Assembly (NCBI GenBank): GCA_964016885.1
Contig: OZ024756.1
Location: 10,602,001 to 10,666,000, forward strand
From: Eledone cirrhosa
Taxonomy: Eukaryota
Direction: 5' to 3'
Length of the DNA: 64,000 nucleotides
How positions within the stretch are numbered: the first letter of the stretch is position 1; each line of letters starts with the position of its first letter. Made by a program: the position numbers and the translations under genes. This document shows, one piece after another, positions 50,481 to 64,000 of the stretch. The notes beneath the pieces are model-generated. The model searched no databases. It was not told the DNA's origin and worked only from the letters and a program-made list of their open reading frames with translations.

Positions 50481-53442
50481 CGGGGTTGCCAGACGAACTT
50501 AAGAATAGGTTTTACGAGTCCTTAATGCACACTACTGCACTAACAAACGACAATGACTTCCTAATCATCGCAGGAGATTTTAACGGACACGTAGGTAAAC
50601 ACTGCGACGGCTTCAATAGAGTCCATGGTGGCCATGGGGTTGGCACAAGGAATGAGGAAGGATTCCAGACTTCTAGAATTCTGCGACGCCAATGACATGT
50701 CGATATGTAACACAAACTTCAAAAAACCCGACAACCACCTGATAACCTATAGATCAGGGGAGCATTCTAGTCAGATAGATTTTATCCTCATCAGAGGACG
50801 TGACAGATGGACGGTCGTAAACACAAAAGCCTTCCTTAGTGAGGAATGTACATCCCAACATAGCTTAGTTGTCAGCGACCTCACAGTCAGAACTAGACGA
50901 ACCTGGAAACAGAGGCCAACCCGGAGAAGAAAGATCTGGAAGCTGAAAGACCTCTCAACCAGTAACAGATTTAAAGATATTTTACTCAACGCCTACGACA
51001 GTAAAGAAGAACAGATACAGACATTCAATGTAGAAGAGAACTGGGAGTTCCTAAAAAATAACTTACTAGAGGCGACGGATGAGGTCTGTGACTGGAGTAA
51101 GACCACAAGCAGGAGGAGAGTGACTTGGTGGTGGAACAATAAGGTAGATCAGGTAGTTAAGGCTAAGAGACAGGCATGGAAAGAATGGAAGAACGGTGGG
51201 AGCAGGGTACATTACATAGAGACCAAGAGGGAAGCTAGGCGACAAGTATACTTAGCTAGGAGGGAAGCAGAGGATAGAAAATTCAAGCATGTTTTGCAAC
51301 GTGAGGACCAGAAACAGGAGGTGTTCAAGATTGCGAGGCAGTGTGTCAGAGAGAATTGTGATGTCATTGGAGAGAAGTGTATCCGGAATGATAAAGGTGA
51401 GCTTGCCCTCACAAGTGCTGAGAAGAAAGATGCATAGAAGAGTCATTATAATAGATTACTAAATGAGGAGAATGCATGGGAAGAAGAAACCCTACCCCAA
51501 GTAGACCCTATAGAGAGGCCAGCAGTACAAGTAAGCAGCAGCGTAGTAAGTAAGGCAATCAAAGATATAAAGATGGGGAAGGCAACCGGTCCATCGGGTA
51601 TAGCTGCCGTATTGTTAACCAGGTAATACTAGAAGGTGTCATACCAAAAAATTGGTGCAGTAGCATCATTGTCAACTGCTACAAAGGTAAAGGTGATGCA
51701 CTAGATAGAGGAAACTATAGAGGTATAAAGCTGATGGACCAGGTCATGAAAGTAACAGAAAGAGTTATAGCACAGTTGATTAGGGACCGGGTGAAACTAG
51801 ACGAGATGCAATTTGGGTTTGTACCAGGAAGAGGCACCACTGATGCCCTCTTCCTTGTGAGGCAGTTACAGGAAAAGTACCTAGCTAAAAGTAAGCCACT
51901 CTACTTGACATTTGTCGACCTTGAGAAAGCCTTTGACAGAGTTCCACGTGCTGTAATCTGGTGGGCTCTTAGAAAACTAGGAGTAGATGAATGGCTTGTG
52001 AAAGCGGTACAAGCCATGTATAGGGGAGCAGTCAGCAAAGTTAGGATTAGCAATGAGTATAGCGAGGAATTTAGCGTACAGGTTGGAGTCCACCAGGGCT
52101 CTGTTCTTAGCCCCCTCCTGTTCATCATAGTCCTGCAGGCAACAACGGAGGAGTTTAAGACCGGATGCCCATGGGAACTCCTTATGCTGATGACCTCGCA
52201 CTTATAGCTGAATATATGGTAGAACTAGAGAAGAAATTCCAAACTTGGAAGCAGGGACTAGAAAGAAAGGGTCTCAAAGTCAACATGACAAAGACTAAGG
52301 TCCTTGTAAGTAGACGAGAAAACAGAACCCAGATCCCCTCAGGGAAATGGCCTTGCTCAGTATGTAGGAAAGGTGTAGGTAGGAACTCCATTCTCTGCCC
52401 CAAATGCAAACAATGGGTACACAAGAGATGTAGCGGGATCTCAGGAAGCTTAATTAAGAATGTAGGCTTCACATGCAGCAGCTGTGCTGGGACAGCAAGC
52501 AGCAAACAGCCACAGGAAACAAGTACCACCAATCTCTGGGAGGTCTCTGTAGAAACAGTAGACAGCTTCTGCTACCTAGGTGACCGAATTACCAGCGGAG
52601 GTGGGTGTTCAGAAAGTACAATAACTAGGGTAAGAACGGGATGGAAGAAGTTTAGGGAACTACTACAACTGCTAGCTGCAAAAGGCTTCTCCCTCAAAAT
52701 GAAAGGCAGACTGTATTATGCGTGTATCCGAACAGCGATGTTGCATGGTAGTGAGACCTGGGCGCTGAAGGTGGAAGACTTACGTAGATTAGAGAGAAAC
52801 GAAGCCTGCATGCTCCGATGGATGTGTAATAGTAATATACGCGAACCACAAAGCATAAATGAATTGAGAGAGAGACTGAGCATAAGAGGAATCAAATGCT
52901 GTGTGCAGGAGAGGCGGTTGCGTTGGTATGGACATGTGATACGTATGAAGGATGACAGCTGCATAAAAAGGTGCAGAGCACTAGAAGTCGATGGAAACCG
53001 CGGAGTGGGGAGACCCAAGATGACCTGGGATGAGGTGATAAAAGCCGACCTTACCCAATTACACCACTCAAAGGCGATGACACACGACCATGACCTCTGG
53101 CGTCACGCAGTAATACAGAGTAGCCGACCTCCCATGGGTACAAGCTGAAGCATTTAGACAATATGCCCCCACACCACCCACTGCAAGGTGGTCGTGGAGG
53201 TGCCACGGCAAAAAAGTACCCAGCCCACACTGTAAAGTGGACGTGTAGGCGCCACGAAAAAGCATCCAGCACTCACTGTAAATGAGGTTGGTGTTAAGAA
53301 GGGCATCCAGCTGTAGAAATCAAGCCAAATCAGTTCCTGTATGAGCAAGGCATGGTCAGCCGACCAGACACTGCCCACAACAGGACAACCCGTCTAACCC
53401 ATACTAGCGTGGAAGAACGGACGTAAAACGATGATGATGATG

Positions 53443-53444
<2 letters not shown>
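50481..53444 (+). mobile_element. 5'-truncated RTE-clade LINE (APE, RT, PHD-like finger), frameshifted
   Basis: AGDFNGHVG, SQIDFIL, QFGFVPGRGTTDA, FVDLEKAFDRV, GVHQGSVLSPLLF, YADD, CSVC..CPKC..VHKRC..CSSC, RRLRWYGHV; (GAT)n tail into (TA)n. Confidence 0.93.
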
Positions 53445-53514
<70 letters not shown>

Positions 53515-53846
53515 AAAATTAAGATAAATTAAATGAATTTAATCCAAATCGAAATTGTGGGTGTCATGTCATAACGGCATGCGCCATATCGCCTGGAAAT
53601 AAGCTCAAAGATATATCCGAGCATTTTATAATAACTAGAAATTGATTAACATATAAATATACATGAATAATCACAGGAGATAATTTTTACACGCGTGTAA
53701 CCACGCATAGCTAGTTTGGGTAATAATTAAATTAAATTTATACCTTTAAGTATGATTAAGCTTCCTTGTATATATCCCATTAAAGAAATATATTTCACCA
53801 ATTAATCAGATGGTAAGTCACGGAAAGTGGATATTATTCATGTTAA

Positions 53847-53990
53847 TCATTTCTACAGCTGAGTAAACTGGAGCAATGTGAAATAAAGTGTCTTGCTCAA
53901 GGAAACAACACATCACCGGGTCTGAGAATTGAACTCACAACCTTTCGATTGCAAAGCCAATGCTCTAACCACTAAGCCATGTGCCTCCAC
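53847..53990 (-). mobile_element. tRNA-derived SINE family B
   Basis: Near-identical to 5663-5800. Confidence 0.85.
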
Positions 53991-55031
53991 ATATATATAT
54001 ATATATATGTATTTTTTTCGTTTCGTTCCATGTGATAGAAGTACTAACTATGTACCCGCCTAACTATTACCTTTCATACTGTAATTTACCCTCCGTTCTA
54101 CTGTACAGTACTATCGTTCAGTATGTAGATAATATATCTGTAACATAGATCCCCCTTTCAAAACTTCTTACTTAAACATCTCCCTGCTTATTAGTTAGTA
54201 TATAGCAAGATACTAGTGTGTATGAATGTAACAAGGAGACGCCGGAAGTTACAGAAAGGGTTCTACTTCCTGTCTATTGGGGTTGTGAGTGTCACAACAA
54301 GGGAGGCAACTCCTGCTACAAGTATAGGTGCACATATTTTTTTACTCACTTCAATCTGGATTCTCACTTGTCATTTTTTAAATTTTTGATTACTGATGTT
54401 TGATTTTTAATTTTTAGTTTTAATTTCCAACTCCCATTCATAATTTCCACTGTGAAACCATAATACCTAGAATTAAGTATATTTTTTCTAAGAGGTTGAT
54501 GGTCAATTCTACTGTCCATGTTTAATGTGGGGGTAGTATTGAAACCTATTGATACTCATACTCTCCCAACCTCACTAGCTTTCGGCTGACTGCCACTGGT
54601 GGGGTGACTAGCAGTAAGCTATATATTACAGGCCTGAATATGGTTATTGTTTGGTTGAGAGGGGGAACTACCTAGGTGAATTTCGTAGAACTCTGCGGTA
54701 GTTGATGGTCAACATTCTCTGGACCTGTGCCTGCGCAGACTGGTGGGGGTGAATTGGTACTCTCAAGGGAACGGGCGAAGAACCCAAGAGCACACGCGTT
54801 GTCCGTTCTCATGTCTATTCAATTTGGATTGCCTCGGAAACATAACCTTATTATGTAACAAGCTGTCTGACGATGTCGCGGCACTGGCGCACAGAACCGT
54901 GAGTCCACTGTCGCCACAGAAATATGTATCACAGCATTATCATTAAAGGACTTTAACATCTGAAACTACTTCGCTTTTTCTTATTCGATATTTACTCCAT
55001 CACTCCTATGTGGAATAAGTACGTTGAGTGC

Positions 55032-55072
<41 letters not shown>

Positions 55073-55142
55073 AATGTATATAAATGCATATATATATATA
55101 TATGTGTATGTATATGCATGCATATATATGTATATAAATACA

Positions 55143-55174
<32 letters not shown>

Positions 55175-55203
55175 CATATATAGATGTGTATGTATATACA
55201 TGC

Positions 55204-55235
<32 letters not shown>

Positions 55236-55349
55236 ATACATTGATATATATATATGCATGTATATATATATATATACATGCATATATATAAACTTTTGAT
55301 GTATTAAAGGATTCTTTGTTTTACTCTCTTAATATATATATATATATAC

Positions 55350-55396
<47 letters not shown>

Positions 55397-55416
55397 TGTA
55401 TATATATATATATACA

Positions 55417-55510
<94 letters not shown>

Positions 55511-55589
55511 TGTATATATATATATATACATGCATAGATATATATAAATATATATAGATATATATATATATATATATATAAATGCAATA

Positions 55590-56180
55590 GAATGAAACGA
55601 AATTTCATTTCTCACTCTTAGTACGGCACTTACTTAAATGTAAGTATGTATGTATGTATACGTACATACATATATGTATACAGACGTACAGTAGTATGTA
55701 TATATATACATACATGCACATATATATATATGCATGTAGCGGTTTACCGAACATTTATTATAATGCTCGGGTTTGTTTGTTTGTAAACATAAATGGAATA
55801 TTCCATTTATCGTTTTCGGTGCACCCGGCCGACTAAACTCACTCGATATGCAAATTAGGCTGCTCAGTCGTTAATATGCATAAGGAAAGTATATGTTTTC
55901 AGACGTTCAACCATCTGGCAGGAAGGTATACGATGCTGACGATAGCTAATAAGCTTGAAACTAGTACATCGTTCCTGTGTCAGTGTTGAACAAAAAGGTG
56001 ACGTGGTTGCCTAAACACTGTACGGCGTAATTCGGGCTGTTTGTTTACAAACAAACCGAGCATTATAATAAATGTTCGGTAAATCGATACATGCATATAT
56101 ATATGTGTGCATGTATGTATATATACATACTACTGTACGTCTGTATACATATATGTATGTACGTATACATACATATTTAC
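55590..56180. mobile_element. inverted-repeat Penelope-like 3'-end element (arms ~55640-55790 / ~56040-56180) in TA tracts
   Basis: Reverse-complement arms; internal hammerhead; homolog at 3250-3551. Confidence 0.7.
55930..55972 (+). ncRNA. minimal type I hammerhead ribozyme (43 nt)
   Basis: ACGATG-CTGACGA-TAGCT AATA AGCTT-GAAA-CTAG-TA-CATCGT; GUA cleavage triplet 55964-55966. Confidence 0.85.
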
Positions 56181-56251
56181 ATATATATATATATATATAT
56201 GCATATATATATATGCATATATATATATATATGCATATATATATATATAGA

Positions 56252-56363
<112 letters not shown>

Positions 56364-56433
56364 TATATATATATAGAGAGAGATAGATATATGTATATAT
56401 ATCTATATATATATGCATGTATATATTTATATA

Positions 56434-56584
<151 letters not shown>

Positions 56585-56611
56585 TATATATATACATATA
56601 CATATATATAC

Positions 56612-56644
<33 letters not shown>

Positions 56645-56797
56645 CATATATATACATATATATATACATATACATATACATATATATACATATATATATA
56701 CATATATATATACATATACATATATATACATATATATATACTGTCTGTTAGAAAATATGTCTCCTTCACCCCACACCACTGCATCTACTGACATTAG

Positions 56798-56828
<31 letters not shown>

Positions 56829-56984
56829 CTCCCCCTTCCCTCCTCTCCCCCGTCCCTCCCTGTATCATAATCATTCAAGTGTAAAATCTTTCATTACTAT
56901 ACCAAGTCAGCTGGATATTTTCAGAATTTAAAGATTGAGAATTTTTTACTTCACTAGAATCTATTAACGGTAATGATGGTGAGA

Positions 56985-58230
56985 TGTGTGTGTGTGTTTA
57001 TGTTTGTGTGTGTTTGTGTTTATGTGTGTGTGTGTGTGTGTTGTGTGTGTGTGTATGTGTTTATGTATGTGTGTGTTGTGTATGTTTATGTGTGTGTTTG
57101 TGTTTACGTATGTATGTGTTGTGTGTGTGTTTATGTGTTGTGTGTGTGTGTGTTTGTGTGTGTGTTTGTGTGTTTATGTGTGTGTGTTGATGTATGTGTT
57201 TGTGTTTATGTGTGTGTTTGTGTTTGTGTGTGTTTGTGTTTATGTATGTGTGTGTTGTGTGTGTTTATGTGTGTTTGTGTTTATGTATGTGTGTGTTGTG
57301 TATGTTTATGTGTGTGTTTGTGTTTATGTATGTATGTGTTGTATGTGTTTATGTGTTGTGTGTGTGTGTTTATGTATGTGTGTGTTGTGTATGTTTATGT
57401 GTGTGTTTGTGTTTATGTATGTGTTTGTGTTTATGTGTTTGTTTGTGTTTATGTATGTGTGTGTTGTGTGTGTGTGTGTTTATGTATGTGTGTGTTGTCT
57501 AGGTTTATGTGTGTTTTTGTGTTTATGTATGTGTGTGTTGTGTGTGTTTATGTATGTGTGTGTTGTGTATGTTTATGTGTGTTTGTGTTTATGTATGTGT
57601 GTGTTGTCTAGGTTTATGTGTGTTTTTGTGTTTATGTTTGTATGTGTTGTGTGTGTGTGTGTGTTGTGTGTGTGTTGTGTATGTTTATGTGTATGTTTAT
57701 GTGTGTGTTTGTGTTTATGTATGTATGTGTTGTGTGTGTTTATGTGTGTGTGTGTTGTGTATGTTTATGTGTGTGTTTGTGTTTATGTATGTGTGTGTTG
57801 TGTATGCTTATGTTTGTGTTTGTGTTTATGTATGTGTGTGTTGTGTATGTTTATGTGTGTGTTTATGTTTATGTGTGTGTGTGTGTGTGTGTGTTTATGT
57901 ATGTGTTGTGTGTGTTTGTGTTTATGTATGTGTGTGTTGTCTATGTTTATGTGTGTGTTTGTGTTTATGTATGTATGTGTTGAGTGTGTTTATGTGTTGT
58001 GTGTGTTTATGTGTTGTGTGTATGTGTGTGTGTGTTTGTGTGTGGGTGTGTTTGTGTGTGGGGGCGTTAGTGTTAGTTTGTGTGGGTGTGTTTCTGCATA
58101 AGTATGTGTATGTATGTTTATTAGTGTGTGTGTGTTTGTGTGTGTGTCTGTGTGTATGTGCGTCTGTGTGTGTGTGTGTCTGTCTGTATGTGTGTATGTG
58201 TGCATTTGTGTGTGTGTATGTGTATATGCA
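56985..58230. repeat. GT-rich complex microsatellite
   Basis: Direct reading. Confidence 0.95.
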
Positions 58231-58304
58231 TGTGTTCACATGTGAGTACATTTAGGTGTGTTAAACTATGTAAAAATTGTGTGTATATATGTGCATGTAT
58301 ATAC

Positions 58305-58358
<54 letters not shown>

Positions 58359-59637
58359 GCACTGACATATTTATACACACACAAACATTGTATATATATT
58401 GAATGTATATATGTGTGTGTGTGTAATCATCATCATCATCATCATCATTTTACGTCTGCTCTTCCTTTTTTATTTCTTGTCCAATTCTTTAAAGTTTTAT
58501 CTTAGTTTCTTGTCCTATTCTTTTAAAGTTTTATTTTAGTTTCTTGTCCTGTATTTTTAAAGGTTTATATTCCAACAATATTACTTTTTTTGCTGTACGC
58601 ATTTTTCTATCTGGTCTACTATTTTTTAAGGCAATGCAAGCAACAACTATCTAATAATTAAATGATCATAGTGAATTACTGACAAGTGATTGACATTTTA
58701 AAGTTCTTTTGAGTATAATTGCAATCTAGTTGAGGCAACTGGCTTAATGACAAAGCTACGTCATTTCTGGATTACCTCCCCTAGCGTCACGCTTACTTCT
58801 CACTCACTTGAACACAAGATTTATCAGCAAACTTTGATTATAAACTTTTTCCCGCTGGACCAAATTTCTGGATTTTTAAGCCAAAAGATGCGTAATGATC
58901 TACTGTTCATGCTCATATAAGTTTTATCTCAGTTAAATAAAGTAGAGCCACGCTGTACTGTCGTAAACAGACGATTGCCAACGAAAACACGACCACAACA
59001 ATATTACTAAACGGACGTTAGTCCGTTTAGGATAGAGAGAGAAATTACTTGAATCAAAGTTCTGTTCAAACCATTTATTAGCTTACAATTGTTTCGTCCA
59101 AATCGAGGTTTGGAGTCTTCGGAGCAATTTTTCAATGATTGTTTACATACATGACCTCCTTTCCAACACAAGAGACATACAGAAACATATGTATATATCG
59201 ATGCACAGTGGGTTGACATCCATTATAATATTTTAGCATGGCAATTTACATTCAAAGATTAAAATCATATTAAAAGAAAATTAAAACAAAATTAAAGTTA
59301 AAATACAACATCGGCAGTTTACGAAGATAATGCAAGAGGATAGTTTGAAGTAGTTAGTGTATGCAATAGATACACGTGGGGCATGCACGTGTGTCTTATT
59401 TATATCAGATTATAGTGCGGCAAGGTGTTATATGGAATACAAGCAGTTTAAGCGGGCAATCAAGAGTATTATGGGGGTTGTATTGGTAAAGTATTTTTAT
59501 GTATGATATAGAAGCTTGTGTGCAGAGAAATATTAAAAATGAGAAGCAAAATAATGCTATGGTTTTCGTATACACCACCATTTTCACAATCCAGGAAACG
59601 TAATATAAAGATTATATGTCCTTCACATAATCATTAT

Positions 59638-60103
59638 GGAAGCCGCGGAGTGGGGAGACCCAAGAAGACCTGGGATGAGGTGATAAAAGCCGACCTTACC
59701 CAATTACACCTCTCAAAGGCGATGACACACGACCGTGACCTCTGGCGTCACGCAGTAATACAGAGTACCCGACCTCCCACGGGTACAAGCCGAAGCAGAA
59801 GCATATAGACAATATGCCCCCACACCATCCCACTGCAAAGTGGTCGTGGAGGTGCCACGGCAAAAAAGCACCCAGTCCACACTGTAAAGTGGACGTGTAG
59901 GCGCCATGGAAAAAAAGCACCCAGCACTCACTGTAAATGAGGTTGGTGTTAGGAAGGGCATCCAGCTGTAGAAATCAAGCCAGAATCAGTTCCCGTATGA
60001 GCAAGACAAGGTCAGCCGACCGGACACTGCCCACAACAGGACAACCTGTCTAACCCATACTAGCGTGGAAGAACGGACGTAAAACGGTGATGATGATGAT
60101 GAT
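59638..60103 (+). mobile_element. 5'-truncated RTE LINE copy
   Basis: Near-identical to 52993-53444 (GVGRPKKTWDEVIKADL..). Confidence 0.9.
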
Positions 60104-60306
60104 TACTTTATATATACTTTTGTATTATCACAGTAAAGGCTTCATCTTACATAATTATCTCGCATAATATGGAATCTACGAGATTTTAATATTATTTATT
60201 TTGAGAACAATACCTTAACATCAATATGAGTAGCCGGTTGGACTGGTTTGAACAGAAAGAGGGGAAAGGATTCTGGCCAGATATGGCCGATTTAAATGTT
60301 AAAGGG
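60104..60306 (-). mobile_element. piggyBac-like MITE (reverse), truncated by the RTE insertion
   Basis: Ends aaaggg|ttaa; reverse complement resembles 6580-6780. Confidence 0.6.
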
Positions 60307-60314
60307 TTAAATCA

Positions 60315-60468
60315 ATCCCAGTGTATTACTGGTGCTTTATTTTATCGAGCATGTAAGGATGAAAGGAAAAGCTAACCTCGGTGGGATTTGAACTGAGAAT
60401 GTTAAGGGTTGTAGCTATATGCCACAAAGTATACTGCCTGATGCTCTACCAATTACTGCCAATCCGCT
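60315..60468 (-). mobile_element. degenerate SINE family A
   Basis: tattactggtgctttattttatcga..ggatttgaact..ctgccaatcc. Confidence 0.65.
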
Positions 60469-61236
60469 TAACTTATATTGTGTACTCCATTTTCAAACAT
60501 TAAGCCACCTTTATAGTCTTAACAGTTTTGTCTGATATTTGGAAAGAGTATTTTTTTCTTTTCAACTTACCTCTGTCAGTTGTGATGATAAATTGAGGAT
60601 GAGTTAAAAAGATAAAAGAAACAACTTTCAGTGATTTCTTTTGCTAACTATTTGGCTCATCAGTTTTTGTCTGTCATTTTGTGCTGTGTGTTAAGGACAG
60701 CTCAACCTTGTAGAATCCATATTTCTCTCTAGGCCATCGATAATGATTTGAAAATCATACAAGTGTGAAGGACAAATGAAGTCATATGATAGAATACTGA
60801 GAAAGATTGAACTTGGGTGGCTTACCATTACATTCAGCATCAATAGAACAACATCGCTGGGAACTGTTAATTTGGTCAGACCTTTTGTTGTTTTCTTTGA
60901 AAAGGAAAAAAAGGTAGAATCAAAGATTTGACAATTATAAATACCTTATATAGAGGAAGCCATCTATCATGAGAGCTAACCTGACTTATTGTGTATCAAA
61001 GTCAAAATCACTTCAATCCTTACATGGAAAGCAATCAAGTATTTACCATAAGAATATACTTGTACAGAACTGATTGAGTTGTTAGCATCATAATCACAAG
61101 ATTCTGGGTTCAATCTCATGGCATAGCATATATGATAAGTGTTTTCTGCCATTGCTTCAAGTTATCCCAACTTACAGAATGGAATAAGGTAGAGGAAAAA
61201 TGCATAGAAGTCCATCATATATATATATATATATAT

Positions 61237-61425
61237 AATTGTTTCTACTTTAGGCACAAGGCCAGCAATTACCCAGTGCATTACTGATTACTTTATTTTA
61301 TCGACCCCGTAAGGATGAAAGGCAAAGTCGACCTCGGCGGGATTTGAACTCAGATCGTAAAAGGACGTAACTATGCTGGAAAGCATGGCGTCCAACCCTC
61401 TACTGATACTGCCAATCCACCGCCC
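61237..61425 (-). mobile_element. full SINE family A copy
   Basis: Matches 7627-7814 and 11121-11313. Confidence 0.85.
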
Positions 61426-61481
61426 TATATATAATATTAATTCAAAATATTAACAAATATAAACATTCATGTGATCAAGTA

Positions 61482-61547
61482 TATTTTATTATACATATTT
61501 CAGAGGTACTGAGCTATTTCAACAGTACGTCCTCATCAGATAAAATA
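61482..61547 (-). ncRNA. minimal type I hammerhead ribozyme
   Basis: Minus read TATTTTAT-CTGATGA-ggacgtactg..cagtacctct-GAAA-TATGTATA-ATAAAATA. Confidence 0.82.
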
Positions 61548-62983
61548 AGTTGATGCTTAACATACCTTGACTATGTTAATAGTTAAAATTCAGTCATGGC
61601 AGTGAATTAGTTATGACAAAACTCAATATTTATATACCTTAAGATTGAGACATGAAAAAATTACATATAATACAGAGGGTGCCTGTGAGAAAGCTTATAA
61701 AGATACATAATAATAAATAACTACTAATATAATATAAACCTACATAACTGTTAAAAATTTAAATAATTTAAATAAATATATGGATAACACATTATTGTAG
61801 ATAAAGGAAGTGAAAGACGGAGAGAGAAACAGATGAGGAAAGAGAGAATGACAAGATAGAATTATCATATGCATGAAATCAAAAGAAAATTGATTAAGGA
61901 TAGAGAGAAGAGGAGAAAAAATAAGTTTTATAGTATAAAACACAGGGAGGGAGACTTGTATTGTCATGGATAAACAGCGTATAATTAGATGGTGAATGAT
62001 TATTTTCGAATCCTTAAATTAATTAGAAATAGTCAATTAATCGAAACATCAAATATATATCTGGGTGCAGTTATATGGCGATTTATTTTCGAATCCTTAA
62101 GTTAATTAGAAATAGACAATTAATCAAATATATATATCCCGGCGCATCCGGATGACCGTTAAATTTCGAATCTTTATGTTAGTTTGAAATAGTGGATTAA
62201 TCTAATGGCATAAGATTTCTGACTATAAAATTTGTAAGGATTTATATAATATCATATTTAATATCATATAATATCATATTTAGTAATTTTATAATATCAT
62301 ATAATATCATATTTAAAGTGTTTGCAAACATGAGAAAGAAAAGACTTAAGATTTTCATCAACACGAAGGTAATCCAAATTAAATTATATTAAAAATAATC
62401 ATTATATAATTTAGAAAATAATTACAAAGTTAAAATTAGAATGCCCTTAAGTATTCAAAAGCCATATAAATGTACTTAAAAAGGATATTATTAAACTAGA
62501 TATACGCATTTGTTTAAATTTATATAAAGAGTATACTGTTTAAAGTTTAAGACGATATTAGTCAGTTATATATAATATAATAAATATAATTACTGTTAAT
62601 AGTGTTATAAATAAAGTTTTACATCAAGTTAAGTGGAAAAAATTAGTCATCTAGGATCATATAAGACATATATACTATAAATATACAAATCAAACTTCTT
62701 GAATCATAAAACAGATTCAAAATAAATAAAAGGTTTACGAGTCCATATAAGTGTCAAATATATAACCTATATAATTTAAAAATACAAAAAGAAACGAAAA
62801 TTTAATGTATTTAAACAATCAAATGATATGCATACTCATCAAAAGATCATGTTAACAATTTATATGTTTATCTAGAACCCTTAATCTAACATTAATCATA
62901 TCGTAAATAATAAAAATTATTAGAAGGTTTTATAATCTGTTATGGTATCGTTTTACGCTCTCAGCTGATAATAAACGTCAAAA

Positions 62984-64000
62984 TCAAAACTTATTTATTC
63001 GATATTTTTTCTTGTCTTTTTGTGGGGCTTGGAATGTAGATGTAGCTTTATGTAAGCAATTTGAGAATAATTCACTTTTTTTGTTAATTAAGTTATCATA
63101 ATTAGTAATTATTAATAGGGTCTCCATAGGTCAAAGATTGTAGTTAGGTGATATTGAAGATTTCAAGTAGACTTGACCATTACACAGCTTGGACCAAGAA
63201 ATCGAGTATTTTAAATTTTTGTCTTTTAATGACCATACAAGTTGTGATAAAGAGGTCGAAAATTTCCTATTAGGATTCGAGAATGAATATTTGTGATTCG
63301 AAAATCTTAATTTAAAGGTCGATGAAGTTGCACCAATATAGTTGTATGTGATGTTATTTGCTTTAACGGTGCATTTATAGACTAGATTGCTATCCAGACA
63401 ATTATTTTGCAGGGAGCAATTTGATCTATTTCTACAATTACATTTCGATTTATTGTTATTACTATAATTTGAACAATTCACGTTAACATTGCTAGTACTT
63501 GGAAGTGTTCTATTGATAGTGCTTAAATTAATGTTATTGTTATTCCCAGTATTAATATTGTTAGTGTTAATATAGTCATTATCCCTAATTGTTTGTTGAT
63601 TATGATTTAGAATTCTACTATTTATTTTTGCAATGTTCTGAGCCATATTCATAGTTGTAGAATAATAAAGCTTAATTGTGTCTGTTGAATATGGAACGGT
63701 ACTTATGTTTTCTAGGAAAACATTTATCTAAAGCTTTAAAGAATAAATTTGCCAGTGACGTTTTGATTGCTACAGACGCGGGAGGAGCAAACCATATAAC
63801 TGATTTAGTTCTGATTTTTTTCCCCGATTTATTCACGACATTGGTGTTTGTATTTATATTTAAGTGATTTTTAGAATCTAGTTTATTTATGTTAGTCGTT
63901 TTGTAATTCAAATTAGTATTATCCATATATTCAATATTATTTTTATAACCTGCCTTACGTAGCGCCTCATTATAGTATCCAGCTTTTTCATCAAAAATGG
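62984..64000 (-). pseudogene. Penelope-like RT C-terminus/linker and GIY-YIG endonuclease, disrupted
   Basis: VIWFAPP..LDKCFP..IFNR, CNCR..CSL..CL..LVYKC..YIGATS..FKLRFSNH..LSQLVWSLK, LINKKSELFSNCLH; frameshift near 63672 and in-frame TGA at 63131. Confidence 0.88.

Larger units (their letters stand above)
61430..64000 (-). mobile_element. Penelope-like retroelement 3' half (GIY-YIG ORF, AT-rich 3' region, terminal hammerhead)
   Basis: GIY-YIG ORF followed downstream by a hammerhead-bearing 3' end abutting TA; continuity across 61700-62980 is inferred. Confidence 0.65.

Noticed and set aside
53775-53815. Hammerhead-like CTGATTA..GAAA on minus strand
   Set aside because: Core G missing and no convincing stem II or stem I
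56973-58255. Cys/Val-rich ORFs
   Set aside because: GT-rich microsatellite translation

Overview
AT-rich eukaryotic, repeat-dominated window with no confidently recognisable host gene. The landscape (TA/GAT/GGTT microsatellites, two tRNA-derived SINE families, RTE and L1/Tx1 LINEs, Penelope-like elements, Helitron-like and TTAA/TA MITEs) suggests an animal, probably an octopus-like cephalopod (inference). Coding remnants are all decayed TEs: an L1/Tx1-type LINE (~47.1-50.2 kb), an RTE-type LINE with a PHD-like finger (~50.5-53.4 kb) and a Penelope-like GIY-YIG endonuclease (minus strand, ~63.0-64.0 kb). Two things stand out. (1) About a dozen minimal type-I hammerhead ribozyme motifs (stem I-CUGA(U/C)GA-stem II-GAAA-palindromic mini stem III-NUH-stem I) from several families, mostly arranged as head-to-head inverted pairs inside (TA)n tracts; one family lies ~1.4 kb downstream of the Penelope-like ORF. 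(2) A ~12.2 kb, 45-bp satellite that expanded inside one SINE copy and has 900-bp and 5,260-bp higher-order periods, part of a general pattern of TE-internal tandem amplification. Most long ORFs in the track are repeat artefacts. Coordinates were read by eye and many boundaries are approximate.
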